Below, piece by piece: positions 25,738 through 34,919 of a stretch of 64,000 nt of DNA. A program made the position numbers and the translations under genes. The notes below the pieces were generated by a model. The model had not been told where the DNA came from, ran no database searches, and was given only the letters and a program-made list of their open reading frames with translations. The stretch is from Escherichia phage HP3: the sequence record NC_041919.1, one strand, 5' to 3'. The stretch's first letter is position 1. Each line of letters opens with the position of its first letter.

Positions 25738-26211
25738 ATGAAATCATATACTCAATTTTTAAATGAAGCGGTGTTAAATGAAGCATCTAGCACCGAAATT
25801 CAAGCTGTTGCAAAAGCTGCCATTGCCGCGGGTAAATATTCCTATAAAGATGCTTCTGATGAATCGCGATTCCAGTTTGCACGCGACATGAAAGCGGAAG
25901 GATTTACGGGAAATGCAGTTAGTATGGCCTGGAAAAGTTTAGTTGCTACTGGCGCTGCTTTTGCAAAGGCTTCGGGTAAACCTGCTCCTAAAGCAGATCC
26001 TAAAGCGGCACAAGAAAAAAATATCGTTAAAGGAATTATCGCTAAATATGAAGCTATCCTTAAAGAGCTTTTAGTAATCAAAACCGAAGGCCAAAAGTTA
26101 GCCCGTGCTTATAGTTTCAAAGATAATCCACATGTTCACTCTCTTGAGTATGTTGAAGACATCCAAAAAATTATTAAAGACCGCATTTGGTCTGCTAAAC
26201 AAATCAAATGA
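25738..26211 (+). CDS. Internal-protein-like protein with CTS-like N-terminus
   Basis: 157 aa from ATG with SD aggaaataag; N-terminus MKSYTQFLNEA resembles the T4 CTS; the ORF-track start at 25561 lies in the structured RNA region. Confidence 0.5.
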   Translation: MKSYTQFLNEAVLNEASSTEIQAVAKAAIAAGKYSYKDASDESRFQFARDMKAEGFTGNAVSMAWKSLVATGAAFAKASGKPAPKADPKAAQEKNIVKGIIAKYEAILKELLVIKTEGQKLARAYSFKDNPHVHSLEYVEDIQKIIKDRIWSAKQIK

Positions 26212-26215
26212 CATT

Positions 26216-26246
26216 CTTAGCCCCGACCGAAAGGTTGGGGCTTTTT
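26216..26246 (+). terminator. Intrinsic terminator hairpin, repeat copy 2
   Basis: Identical 31 nt to 25659-25689, followed by a T-run. Confidence 0.65.
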
Positions 26247-26336
26247 AGTTTGAATCACTCGGATAACGCTGTTACGGATAGTAACAAAGTAATAAATAAT
26301 TAATAACCAACCGATAAATTATTTCAAGGATTTTAA

Positions 26337-26900
26337 ATGAAAACCTATGCCGAATTTTTAACCGAAGCAGCAAAATTACCATCTGAAGCAGATCTTACTA
26401 AAGTATTCTTCCAATTGGACCCAAAAGACCGCGGCGATTTTCTTAAGTGGAAAGCTAAAGCTATTGAAATGTACAACATCGATAATAGTTCTTTTACAAT
26501 GAGTCAAGAAAATAAATTCAATAAAGCATTTTTCAAAATTTCTAAGAAATTGGCATCTGGCGCTCAGGTTCCTAAATCTGTGTTAGCTACTCCTGAACGC
26601 GCACCTGTTAAAATTTCTAAGAATATGTTCGACACTAAAAAATACGTTAATGCTTTGAATAAAGCTCTTGATGCATTGGATGATGCAAAGAAGGCAGCCC
26701 GCGATCTTCAAGACGTGTACACCGATTTTGACCGCAAAACTAAAGGTTCTATTTCAAATAGCGAACGCAATAGTGTAAGTGTTTATTCTGATAGCCTTGA
26801 TGTTCTTGGCGATGCGTATACTGAAATTAAAAATCGTATTAACACTGCATCTAAGCTAAAAGCTGCTGCAGAAGCTATAATAAGTAAACTAGGTAAATAA
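26337..26900 (+). CDS. Internal-protein-like protein with CTS-like N-terminus
   Basis: 187 aa; N-terminus MKTYAEFLTEA; SD aaggatt upstream. Confidence 0.5.
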   Translation: MKTYAEFLTEAAKLPSEADLTKVFFQLDPKDRGDFLKWKAKAIEMYNIDNSSFTMSQENKFNKAFFKISKKLASGAQVPKSVLATPERAPVKISKNMFDTKKYVNALNKALDALDDAKKAARDLQDVYTDFDRKTKGSISNSERNSVSVYSDSLDVLGDAYTEIKNRINTASKLKAAAEAIISKLGK

Positions 26901-26906
26901 TTTTAA

Positions 26907-26933
26907 ATCCCTATCTAAATGATAGGGCTTTTT
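26907..26933 (+). terminator. Intrinsic terminator
   Basis: ccctatc / gataggg stem followed by cttttt. Confidence 0.55.
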
Positions 26934-27057
26934 GGTATCTAGGCCTTTCTGGACCTCTCTAGGCATCATTTAGTTTATACCCTTTATAATATATTATCCT
27001 ATCCTTTAATTGCCCATCCCTGCCCTAGAATTCCCTAAAAATTTTTTCACAAAACTG

Positions 27058-27086
27058 TTTACATCTCTGTTCTTCCATGGTACTAT
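27058..27086 (+). promoter_or_regulatory. Early sigma70-type promoter
   Basis: ttcacaaaactgtttaca upstream element, -35 tttaca, 17 nt spacer, -10 tactat, conserved leader acaactatcaact. Confidence 0.55.
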
Positions 27087-27129
27087 ACAACTATCAACTA
27101 CTGATACAGAAAACAACTTGGAGAATGAA

Positions 27130-27393
27130 ATGGATAATTACGGCGAACTGTTCAACTTCTTTATGAAATGCGTTTCAGAAGATTTCGGTCGTACAGTGAA
27201 TGATATTAAAGTTATCGGTCCTGATCATCCGATGTTTGAAACTTACGCAGTAATGGGTAATGAAGACGGTCAGTGGTATACTGTAAAAGTTGTGATTAAT
27301 ATGTTCACAGCAGAAGGTTATGTTAAACTGTCTTCTAAAGTTTACCATGATAACGACGAAATCGCAGAAGAATATTTCAATAATATGAAATAA
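27130..27393 (+). CDS. Hypothetical protein
   Basis: 87 aa from in-frame ATG after SD ggaga; the longer ORF start at 27010 overlaps the promoter. Confidence 0.5.
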   Translation: MDNYGELFNFFMKCVSEDFGRTVNDIKVIGPDHPMFETYAVMGNEDGQWYTVKVVINMFTAEGYVKLSSKVYHDNDEIAEEYFNNMK

Positions 27394-27494
27394 GTTTACG
27401 CAGGCTCATGATTGAGATATTATGAGCCTATAATTTGACGATAGAGTATTATACTCCTACGGATTTTAAATCTCAATTAACCTAAGGAAATACT

Positions 27495-28088
27495 ATGAAC
27501 ACACTGAAGAAAATTGTTGAGTTTATTCGCACTAAACTTGGTTCTGCTATGGCTAAAAATCTATCTGTCGAAGAACAGTATACTGCTGCAGCAGCAAAAC
27601 TACTTGATAAAATTAAAGATCTAAAAACTGCTTCTGTTAAATCTATTAACGAAGAAAAACGTATTCGTGAACTTGTTATCGAAAAGAATCGACAGGCCGA
27701 ATCAAAAGAGCGTGAAATTCGTAAACTTCTTTCCGAAGGCCAAGATGTAACAATGCATGCTAAACTCGGTTTACTATATCGTCGAACAGCTGAGCAGTTG
27801 ACTACTAAGGCTGACGGTTATGCTGAAATGCGAATTGAAATCGCCAAGAAAGTAGTTGAGTTAGATGATGCTCGTCAAGAACTTGCGGTTAAATTGGAAT
27901 ATATCCGTGAAACTCGTGCAGCGAATGCCCTTGGAATTAGTACTGCTGATGATGTAGTTGAAATTGCAGCACTGACTAAGGTTGATATTGAAGATACTCT
28001 TGCTCGAGTTGAAACCTTTAATGGTAATATTTCTGGGGTTGAAACTACCTCTGCCGATGTTCAGGAATATATTAATTCTCTGAAATAA
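27495..28088 (+). CDS. Coiled-coil protein (PspA/IM30-like composition, tentative)
   Basis: 197 aa, N-terminal amphipathic helix, long E/K/R-rich helical segments. Confidence 0.45.
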   Translation: MNTLKKIVEFIRTKLGSAMAKNLSVEEQYTAAAAKLLDKIKDLKTASVKSINEEKRIRELVIEKNRQAESKEREIRKLLSEGQDVTMHAKLGLLYRRTAEQLTTKADGYAEMRIEIAKKVVELDDARQELAVKLEYIRETRAANALGISTADDVVEIAALTKVDIEDTLARVETFNGNISGVETTSADVQEYINSLK

Positions 28089-28093
28089 TGATA

Positions 28094-28116
28094 AGGGGCT
28101 TCGGGCCCCTATTACT
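28094..28116 (+). terminator. GC hairpin after the coiled-coil gene
   Basis: aggggcttcgggcccct hairpin; poor T-run. Confidence 0.35.
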
Positions 28117-28130
28117 TGGAGTAAATAGGA

Positions 28131-28739
28131 ATGAAAATGCAAAGTGATTTCAATTCAATGTTTGAAGAGTTTCAAAGACAGGTTGATGTTCCAGACCAAT
28201 TACTAAATGCTCTTAAACGCATGGCAGAAGGACGTAATTACTATTGGGGGTCTTCATATGAAACTGATGAAAGCCTTTCCGGAAGATTTTCTAGAGGTAA
28301 AAAGTCTTTAATACGTCCTGGAATACTCATTAACAGTATTGAATCAATTCATTCATTGACGTGTGATTTTGATGTTGAATTTACTGATTTCATTTCTCCT
28401 GAATGGACGGTTTGTTATTTAAACGACGATTTTGATTATCTCGGTGTTTATAGTTTAAGTGACGCATGGTTTAAACGTAATTTACAAAAGTCAAATTTAT
28501 TTTATATTGATACTACTGTAAAATTTCAGGGCAAGAAATATTTCTTTACTCTTATAGTTGATTCTGAAACGAAGCATGAAAATAAACGTATTCTTAGTAA
28601 AAAGAATATCTTAACTATTGTTGATGATCTTTTTGATAAATTTGTAGAAAATCCCAATTTTGAAAGTGATTTATTACTAGAAAAATTTGTTAAGGAATGT
28701 AGAGAATATGTCAAAGCCATCACTATACCTTCCAAGTAA
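28131..28739 (+). CDS. Hypothetical protein, first member of the junction-motif series
   Basis: 202 aa; C-terminal region contains EKFVKECREY; overlaps the next gene start. Confidence 0.5.
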   Translation: MKMQSDFNSMFEEFQRQVDVPDQLLNALKRMAEGRNYYWGSSYETDESLSGRFSRGKKSLIRPGILINSIESIHSLTCDFDVEFTDFISPEWTVCYLNDDFDYLGVYSLSDAWFKRNLQKSNLFYIDTTVKFQGKKYFFTLIVDSETKHENKRILSKKNILTIVDDLFDKFVENPNFESDLLLEKFVKECREYVKAITIPSK

Positions 28740-29100
28740 ACCGTTGAAGTATGAATTAAAGCGTCAGATAATTTCTACTGATGTGTTAATAGGTCCTGTT
28801 ATACTCATATCATTTGTAATTCTATTGATTATTGGAGGTGTTTTAGATGTTATGACTGATATTGATTCTGGCGAAATACTTGTGTTAATGCTAATTCTTC
28901 CATTAATAGTTCCACTTTTATTAGTACCCGTAAATTGGGTAGGATACTGGTATCAAGGAAGGCATTATCGTAAACGCGTACGTGATTGGAAAGCACAGTG
29001 TAAAAAGATTAAAAAGGAACATCAGCTTAAACTTGCTGCGTATGAATTTGATGAAATTATGAAATTTGTTAAGGAATCACGATGCAAAAGCCAAAACTAA
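28708..29100 (+). CDS. Membrane protein with C-terminal FVKESRCK motif
   Basis: 130 aa; two hydrophobic segments; start from ATG with SD aggaa. Confidence 0.5.
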   Translation: MSKPSLYLPSKPLKYELKRQIISTDVLIGPVILISFVILLIIGGVLDVMTDIDSGEILVLMLILPLIVPLLLVPVNWVGYWYQGRHYRKRVRDWKAQCKKIKKEHQLKLAAYEFDEIMKFVKESRCKSQN

Positions 29101-29444
29101 ATAAAGTCAAATATTCGTTTTCTGAGTCATTTTTAATTTTTGCTGTGGCGTTGGCTGCAGCTCTTGCAGGTAGTCTTTTTGGATTGTTAATTGACTGTCT
29201 TATTTTAAACATCGACGGCACAGTAAATATAACAGAAGTTTGGAGTGAGCTTTGTTATACTAAAATTATTTCATTGTTTTCATTCTTTGGTATCATTTTA
29301 TATTTTCATTATGATAATTTTAAAATAAATTGGCAAAGAAAAAAAGATTACAAAATACAATTAAAAGAATATAATAGCTACATGTCTTATATTGAAAATG
29401 AGTCAATGAAAGAGTTTGTGAGTGATTGTAGGAAAATTAAATGA
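29082..29444 (+). CDS. Membrane protein with C-terminal FVSDCRKIK motif
   Basis: 120 aa; two hydrophobic helices; start embedded in the upstream gene end. Confidence 0.5.
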   Translation: MQKPKLNKVKYSFSESFLIFAVALAAALAGSLFGLLIDCLILNIDGTVNITEVWSELCYTKIISLFSFFGIILYFHYDNFKINWQRKKDYKIQLKEYNSYMSYIENESMKEFVSDCRKIK

Positions 29445-29929
29445 TTTTAAAAACTCGCTGGTATGATTTAGATGATGGGGATGATGGCATTTCAGTTGAT
29501 AGAGTTGACTGGAATGGTTGTTCCGAAGATATGAAAAATTTGTTGATTAGGGAGTTTAGAATGGGATATCAAGCAGCTAAGCCATTTACTGTAACAGATG
29601 ATAAGTTCGTATGTATTCAAAACGGTCGCGCTAAGTTAACGAATGCTGATTGGTTCACAGATAAGAAGGTTCTTCTGTGGTATATCATTAGTCTTCCTAT
29701 ATCATCGTTCGTATTTTACTTTTTTATAAAAAATCCAATGGACAGAATAGGAGATTGGGTTCTTTTAACTATACTTGTTAATATTTTTACAGCAGCAGTA
29801 TTATCAGGAATATGGCGTATGTTCATTGAAATGCCATGGCGTTTACGCAGACAACAAAAGATTTTTGATGAAAAGAAATATGCTCAAAATTTAAATAACT
29901 TTATCACTGAATGCAGGAAATTAAAATGA
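29441..29929 (+). CDS. Membrane protein with C-terminal FITECRKLK motif
   Basis: 162 aa; two hydrophobic helices in the C-terminal half. Confidence 0.5.
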   Translation: MILKTRWYDLDDGDDGISVDRVDWNGCSEDMKNLLIREFRMGYQAAKPFTVTDDKFVCIQNGRAKLTNADWFTDKKVLLWYIISLPISSFVFYFFIKNPMDRIGDWVLLTILVNIFTAAVLSGIWRMFIEMPWRLRRQQKIFDEKKYAQNLNNFITECRKLK

Positions 29930-30366
29930 AAACATTATCAGCTGGTATTATCTTCATGACAGAAGATAAAGATTTATTTATGGGTCGGGTTACTGGTTCT
30001 CGTAAGCCTGGAATGATGGCACATCGCTGGGATATTCCAAAGGGACGTGTAGAAAGTTCTGATTTGAATGCACTGGAAGCTGCAAAAAGAGAATGCTTAG
30101 AAGAGACCGGTTTTAGCAATTATAATCCAGACCTTCTAGAAGACCTAGGTGTATTTAAATATTCTAGTAATAAAGACTTACAGTTATTTTATTATACGAT
30201 TCCAGTAGAGCATGAGATGTTTAGAAATTGCCATTGCGAGTCTTATTTTGAAAATAAAGATGGCGTTATGATTCCAGAGATGGATGCTTTTGCTCTTATT
30301 CCTCGTACTCAGTGGCAATATGTGATGGGTCCTTCACTTTACCGAATAATGAACAGCCTCTTTTAA
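29926..30366 (+). CDS. nudE: Nudix hydrolase NudE
   Basis: Nudix box GRVESSDLNALEAAKRECLEETGF; start at 29926 preferred because of SD aggaaa; the ATG at 29911 would give 151 aa. Confidence 0.75.
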   Translation: MKTLSAGIIFMTEDKDLFMGRVTGSRKPGMMAHRWDIPKGRVESSDLNALEAAKRECLEETGFSNYNPDLLEDLGVFKYSSNKDLQLFYYTIPVEHEMFRNCHCESYFENKDGVMIPEMDAFALIPRTQWQYVMGPSLYRIMNSLF

Positions 30367-30897
<531 letters not shown>

Positions 30898-30902
30898 AGT
30901 TG

Positions 30903-30931
30903 TTTACTTTCTCCTAGAATTGTGATAGTAT
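30903..30931 (+). promoter_or_regulatory. Early promoter with stem-loop over the -10
   Basis: -35 tttact, 17 nt spacer, -10 tagtat; inverted repeat tgtga / tcaca. Confidence 0.5.
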
Positions 30932-30956
30932 ATTCACAGTTACTTGGAGGGATAAA

Positions 30957-31373
30957 ATGACTCGTATTAATTTGACTTTAGTATCTGAACTTGCTGATCA
31001 ACATTTAATCGCAGAATACCGTGAATTGCCGCGTGTTTTTGGTATAGTTCGTAAGCATGTGGCAAACGGTAAGCGCGTTAAAGATTTTAAAATATCTTCT
31101 AAATTTATTTTAGGTTCTGGTCATGTTACTTTCTTTTACGATAAGTTAGAATTTTTGCGAAAGCGTCAATCGGACATTATAACGGAATGCTTAAAACGCG
31201 GGTTCAGTATAAAAGATACTGAAGTTCCTGACATCAGCGATATTCCAGTAGAATGGAAAAATGATTATAATCCATGCAAATCAGCTATTAAGTTGAGTCA
31301 ACAACGACTCGATGAAAAAATTTTAATGAAGCCACACTGGTATAAGTATTACGGCAAAAATATTTACATTTAA
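30957..31373 (+). CDS. denV: Endonuclease V (pyrimidine dimer DNA glycosylase)
   Basis: 138 aa; [17 protein letters not shown]...[11 protein letters not shown] matches recalled T4 DenV. Confidence 0.95.
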   Translation: MTRINLTLVSELADQHLIAEYRELPRVFGIVRKHVANGKRVKDFKISSKFILGSGHVTFFYDKLEFLRKRQSDIITECLKRGFSIKDTEVPDISDIPVEWKNDYNPCKSAIKLSQQRLDEKILMKPHWYKYYGKNIYI

Positions 31374-31518
31374 ATAACATGGGAATAACCTGGACCTCAT
31401 GATTCTGTGAGGGATTCCCGCCAACCTGTAATAAGGTCGAGCCCAAGTGCGGTAATGGGTAAATACAGAAATGGACAATTCATGCGCCATGGAATGGCCC
31501 AAACCTAGAGAGAACAAA

Positions 31519-32058
31519 ATGAGAACATTTTTAACTGGTCCTTATCTATCCCTGATGAATGCTTTTACACACCATTCTGATGCTAGAGTAGAAGAAATTT
31601 GTAAAAACGAATATATCCCGCCATTTGAAGACTTACTTAAACAGTATTGTACACTTCGACTAGATGGTGGGCGTCAATCTGGTAAATCAACTGCAGTAAC
31701 TAATTTTGCCGCTAATTGGTTGTATGACGGTGGAACAGTTATTGTTCTTTCTAATACTTCAGCTTACGCTAAAATTTCCGCAGATAATATTAAAAAGGAA
31801 TTTTCGCGTTATTCTAATGATGATATACGTTTTCGTTTATTTACTGATTCTGTGCGCAGTTTTATTGGTAATAAAGGAAGCAAGTTCAGAGGTTTATCGC
31901 TTTCGCGAATTTTGTATATAATTGATGAGCCTGTCAAATCTCCTGATATGGATAAGATTTATAGTGTCCATATTGACACTGTACACTGCTGCTGTAATAT
32001 TAAATGTTGCATTGGTGGTATTACTCGTCCACAGTTTTTCGTAATCGGAATGCAATGA
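31519..32058 (+). CDS. P-loop NTPase-like hypothetical protein
   Basis: 179 aa from ATG after SD agaga; Walker A-like GGRQSGKST; Cys-rich C-terminus. Confidence 0.5.
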   Translation: MRTFLTGPYLSLMNAFTHHSDARVEEICKNEYIPPFEDLLKQYCTLRLDGGRQSGKSTAVTNFAANWLYDGGTVIVLSNTSAYAKISADNIKKEFSRYSNDDIRFRLFTDSVRSFIGNKGSKFRGLSLSRILYIIDEPVKSPDMDKIYSVHIDTVHCCCNIKCCIGGITRPQFFVIGMQ

Positions 32059-32384
32059 TGACAGACACTCAGCTTTTCGAATATCTTTATTTTTCGCCAA
32101 AAACTATTAAAAATAAATTGGTGAATCATTTTGAAATTTTGGCAAATAACAACGTCTTGAGCGAATTTTATCCTAAGCAATACAAATTACAAAAAGGTGT
32201 ATTCAAAGGATGCAGAGTTTTGTGTACTGCTCCTAATGCAAGATTAATGAATAAAATTCCATATTTTACCATGGAATTTATTGATGGACCTTTTAAAGGA
32301 CTAATCACCCAAAGTTTAATGGCATATGATTCTGAGCCATTTTTAATTAAAGAACAGTCTTGGATAAATTTATTTTCTAATTGA
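32055..32384 (+). CDS. Hypothetical protein
   Basis: 109 aa; ATGA overlap with the upstream gene. Confidence 0.45.
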   Translation: MMTDTQLFEYLYFSPKTIKNKLVNHFEILANNNVLSEFYPKQYKLQKGVFKGCRVLCTAPNARLMNKIPYFTMEFIDGPFKGLITQSLMAYDSEPFLIKEQSWINLFSN

Positions 32385-32390
32385 GGTTAT

Positions 32391-32753
32391 ATGAAAGCAT
32401 ATCAAATTCTTGAAGGCACGCATAAAGGTACTATTTATTTTGAAGATGGTATTCAAGCACGAATTATTGTTTCTAAAACCTTTAAAGAGGACTCTTTTGT
32501 AGACCCAGAAATTTTCTACGGTTTGCATGCCCGTGAAATTGAAATTGAGCCACAGCCTACAGTTAAAATTGAAGGTGGTCAACACCTGAACGTTAACGTT
32601 CTGCGTCGTGAAACTCTGGAAGATGCAGTTAAGCATCCGGAAAAATATCCGCAGCTGACCATCCGTGTATCCGGTTATGCAGTTCGCTTTAACTCTCTGA
32701 CTCCGGAACAGCAGCGCGACGTTATCGCTCGTACCTTTACTGAGAGCTTGTAA
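32391..32753 (+). CDS. GrcA/YfiD-like autonomous glycyl radical cofactor
   Basis: 120 aa; glycyl radical motif [25 protein letters not shown]; C-terminal about 60 aa match recalled E. coli GrcA; host-like codon usage. Confidence 0.85.
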   Translation: MKAYQILEGTHKGTIYFEDGIQARIIVSKTFKEDSFVDPEIFYGLHAREIEIEPQPTVKIEGGQHLNVNVLRRETLEDAVKHPEKYPQLTIRVSGYAVRFNSLTPEQQRDVIARTFTESL

Positions 32754-32974
32754 TGGCAAAGATAATTATTGAAGGTTCTAAAGATGTGTTAAATGCTTTC
32801 GCAGAATGGTTTAGTAATTCAGGCGAACAGCAATTTAATGAAGCGTGGAATATGGGTGATATTAGTGGAATTTATCCTACGACAGAAATTTCTGTTCAGG
32901 GATATGGCATTCATGAACCTATTCGTTTAGTTGAATACGATTTATGTACTGGTGAGGAAGTCAAATATGATTGA
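32753..32974 (+). CDS. Hypothetical protein
   Basis: 73 aa; stop-start overlap with the GrcA-like gene. Confidence 0.4.
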   Translation: MAKIIIEGSKDVLNAFAEWFSNSGEQQFNEAWNMGDISGIYPTTEISVQGYGIHEPIRLVEYDLCTGEEVKYD

Positions 32975-33233
32975 AGATATTAAAGGTTATAAGCCACATA
33001 CCGACGAAAAAATCGGTAAAGTAAATGCTATTAAAGACGCTGAAGTTCGTTTAGGACTTATCTTTGATGCTTTATATGATGAATTCTGGGAAGCACTAGA
33101 TAATTGCGAAGACTTTGAACTCGCGAAGAATTATGCTGAAAGCCTCGATCAGTTAGCTATTGCTAAAACGAAACTCAAAGAAGCCAGTATGTGGGCTTGT
33201 CGTGCTGTGTTCCAACCAGAGGAAAAATACTAA
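32967..33233 (+). CDS. Hypothetical helical protein (vs.4 position)
   Basis: 88 aa from ATG after SD gaggaag; positional only. Confidence 0.4.
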   Translation: MIEDIKGYKPHTDEKIGKVNAIKDAEVRLGLIFDALYDEFWEALDNCEDFELAKNYAESLDQLAIAKTKLKEASMWACRAVFQPEEKY

Positions 33234-33511
33234 TGGCTCAATTAAGCGCAGGGTTTGGTTATGAGTATTATACTGCCCCTCGTCGTGTGTCTGCTGCTCC
33301 TAAGAAAATTCAAAGTCTTGATGACTTCCAGGAAGTAGTCCGTAACGCTTTCCAGGACTATGCACGGTATCTTAAAGAAGATTCACAGGACTGTCTCGAA
33401 GAAGATGAAATTGCTTACTATACGCAGCGTCTTGAACAGCTCAAAAATCTACATGAGGTTCGTGCCGAAGTTTCAAAGTCTATGAATAAATTGATTAGAT
33501 TTAAAGAATAA
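33233..33511 (+). CDS. Hypothetical protein
   Basis: 92 aa; ATG overlapping the upstream stop. Confidence 0.45.
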   Translation: MAQLSAGFGYEYYTAPRRVSAAPKKIQSLDDFQEVVRNAFQDYARYLKEDSQDCLEEDEIAYYTQRLEQLKNLHEVRAEVSKSMNKLIRFKE

Positions 33512-33514
33512 CTG

Positions 33515-33543
33515 TTTACTTTTCCTCTTGACTGTGGTATAAT
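33515..33543 (+). promoter_or_regulatory. Early promoter upstream of regB
   Basis: -35 tttact, 17 nt spacer, extended -10 tggtataat. Confidence 0.6.
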
Positions 33544-33570
33544 TTTTCTATCAGTTAAGAGGAGAATAAC

Positions 33571-34032
33571 ATGACTATCAACACAGAAGTTTTTATCCGT
33601 CGAAATAAGCTTCGTCGTCACTTTGAGTCGGAGTTTCGTCAAATTAACAATGAGATTCGTGAGGCATCAAAAGCAGCAGGGGTCTCATCGTTTCATCTAA
33701 AATATTCTCAGCATCTTCTTGATCGTGCAATTCAACGGGAGATTGATGAGACATATGTTTTTGAATTATTCCACAAAATAAAAGACCATGTTTTAGAAGT
33801 TAATGAATTCCTGAGTATGCCTCCGCGTCCTGACATTGATGAGGATTTTATTGATGGGGTTGAATACCGTCCTGGACGTTTAGAAATCACAGATGGAAAT
33901 CTTTGGCTTGGATTTACAGTTTGTAAACCTAATGCGAAGTTCAAAGACCCGTCGCTTCAATGCAGGATGGCAATTATCAATAGTCGTCGTTTACCAGGAA
34001 AGGCTTCTAAAGCAGTAATTAAAACTCAATGA
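33571..34032 (+). CDS. regB: Sequence-specific endoribonuclease RegB
   Basis: 153 aa; MTINTEVFIRRNKLRRHFESEF... matches recalled T4 RegB. Confidence 0.85.
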   Translation: MTINTEVFIRRNKLRRHFESEFRQINNEIREASKAAGVSSFHLKYSQHLLDRAIQREIDETYVFELFHKIKDHVLEVNEFLSMPPRPDIDEDFIDGVEYRPGRLEITDGNLWLGFTVCKPNAKFKDPSLQCRMAIINSRRLPGKASKAVIKTQ

Positions 34033-34039
34033 GGTAAGC

Positions 34040-34585
34040 ATGAGAAAAGCACTACTCGCTGGTCTATTGGCCATTTCAATGATGGCACATAGCTCCGAGC
34101 ATACTTTCAGTAATGTCCAACTCGATAACATGCGTTACGCGTATCAATTCGGGGAACAATTTTCTAAGGATGGAAAATATAAAACACACAAAAATATCCA
34201 CAAGAGCGGATTAGGTCATATAATGGCTGCTATTTTATGGCAAGAAAGCTCTGGCGGAGTTAATTTAAAATCTAAACCAAAGCATCATGCCTATGGAATG
34301 TTCCAAAATTATTTGCCTACTATGCGAGCGAGAGTCAAGGAACTTGGTTATAATATGACCGATGCTGAAATAAAAAGAATGTTGAATAAACGGTCCAATT
34401 CAGCTTCCTGGGCGTACATTGAACTTTCTTATTGGTTAAATATACATAAGGGCGATATAAGAAAAGCAATATCCTCTTATAATTCGGGATGGAATGTTAA
34501 AGCTGGTTCTAAATATGCTTCTGAAGTCCTAGAAAAGGCTAATTACCTTAAAAATAATAAACTTTTGGAAATAGTAAATGACTAA
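34040..34585 (+). CDS. Secreted lytic-transglycosylase-like protein (vs.1 position)
   Basis: 181 aa; signal peptide MRKALLAGLLAISMMAHS; LWQESSGG resembles an SLT catalytic motif. Confidence 0.5.
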   Translation: MRKALLAGLLAISMMAHSSEHTFSNVQLDNMRYAYQFGEQFSKDGKYKTHKNIHKSGLGHIMAAILWQESSGGVNLKSKPKHHAYGMFQNYLPTMRARVKELGYNMTDAEIKRMLNKRSNSASWAYIELSYWLNIHKGDIRKAISSYNSGWNVKAGSKYASEVLEKANYLKNNKLLEIVND

Positions 34586-34919
34586 AATTTTGGTTTTATG
34601 TATAGGATTAATTTCATTTTCTGCGTTAGCAGATACATCATATACTGAAATTAGAGAGTATGTAAACCGTACTGCCGCGGATTATTGTGGGAAAAATAAA
34701 GCATGCCAAGCTGAATTTGCGCAGAAATTAATATATGCATATAAAGACGGAGAAAGAGATAAATCAAGCAGATACAAAAACGATACATTATTAAAACGAT
34801 ATGCTAAAAAGTGGAATACCTTAGAATGTTCAGTTGCGGAGGAGAAAGATAAAGCCGCTTGTCATTCAATGGTTGACCGTTTGGTAGATTCTTATAATCG
34901 AGGATTGAGTACTAGATGA
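34578..34919 (+). CDS. Secreted/periplasmic small protein (vs position)
   Basis: 113 aa; signal peptide MTKILVLCIGLISFSALA; four Cys. Confidence 0.45.
   Translation: MTKILVLCIGLISFSALADTSYTEIREYVNRTAADYCGKNKACQAEFAQKLIYAYKDGERDKSSRYKNDTLLKRYAKKWNTLECSVAEEKDKAACHSMVDRLVDSYNRGLSTR

Noticed and set aside
27010-27129. N-terminal extension of ORF 27010-27393, and likewise 41204-41370 for the AAA+ ATPase gene
   Set aside because: Extensions cover the early promoter and leader; the internal ATGs have Shine-Dalgarno sequences and give sensible N-termini.
31706-32180. Small overlapping ORFs (31706-31921 plus, 31894-32100 minus, 31959-32180 minus) within and around the P-loop protein gene
   Set aside because: They overlap better-supported plus-strand genes, lack RBS and have low-complexity translations.
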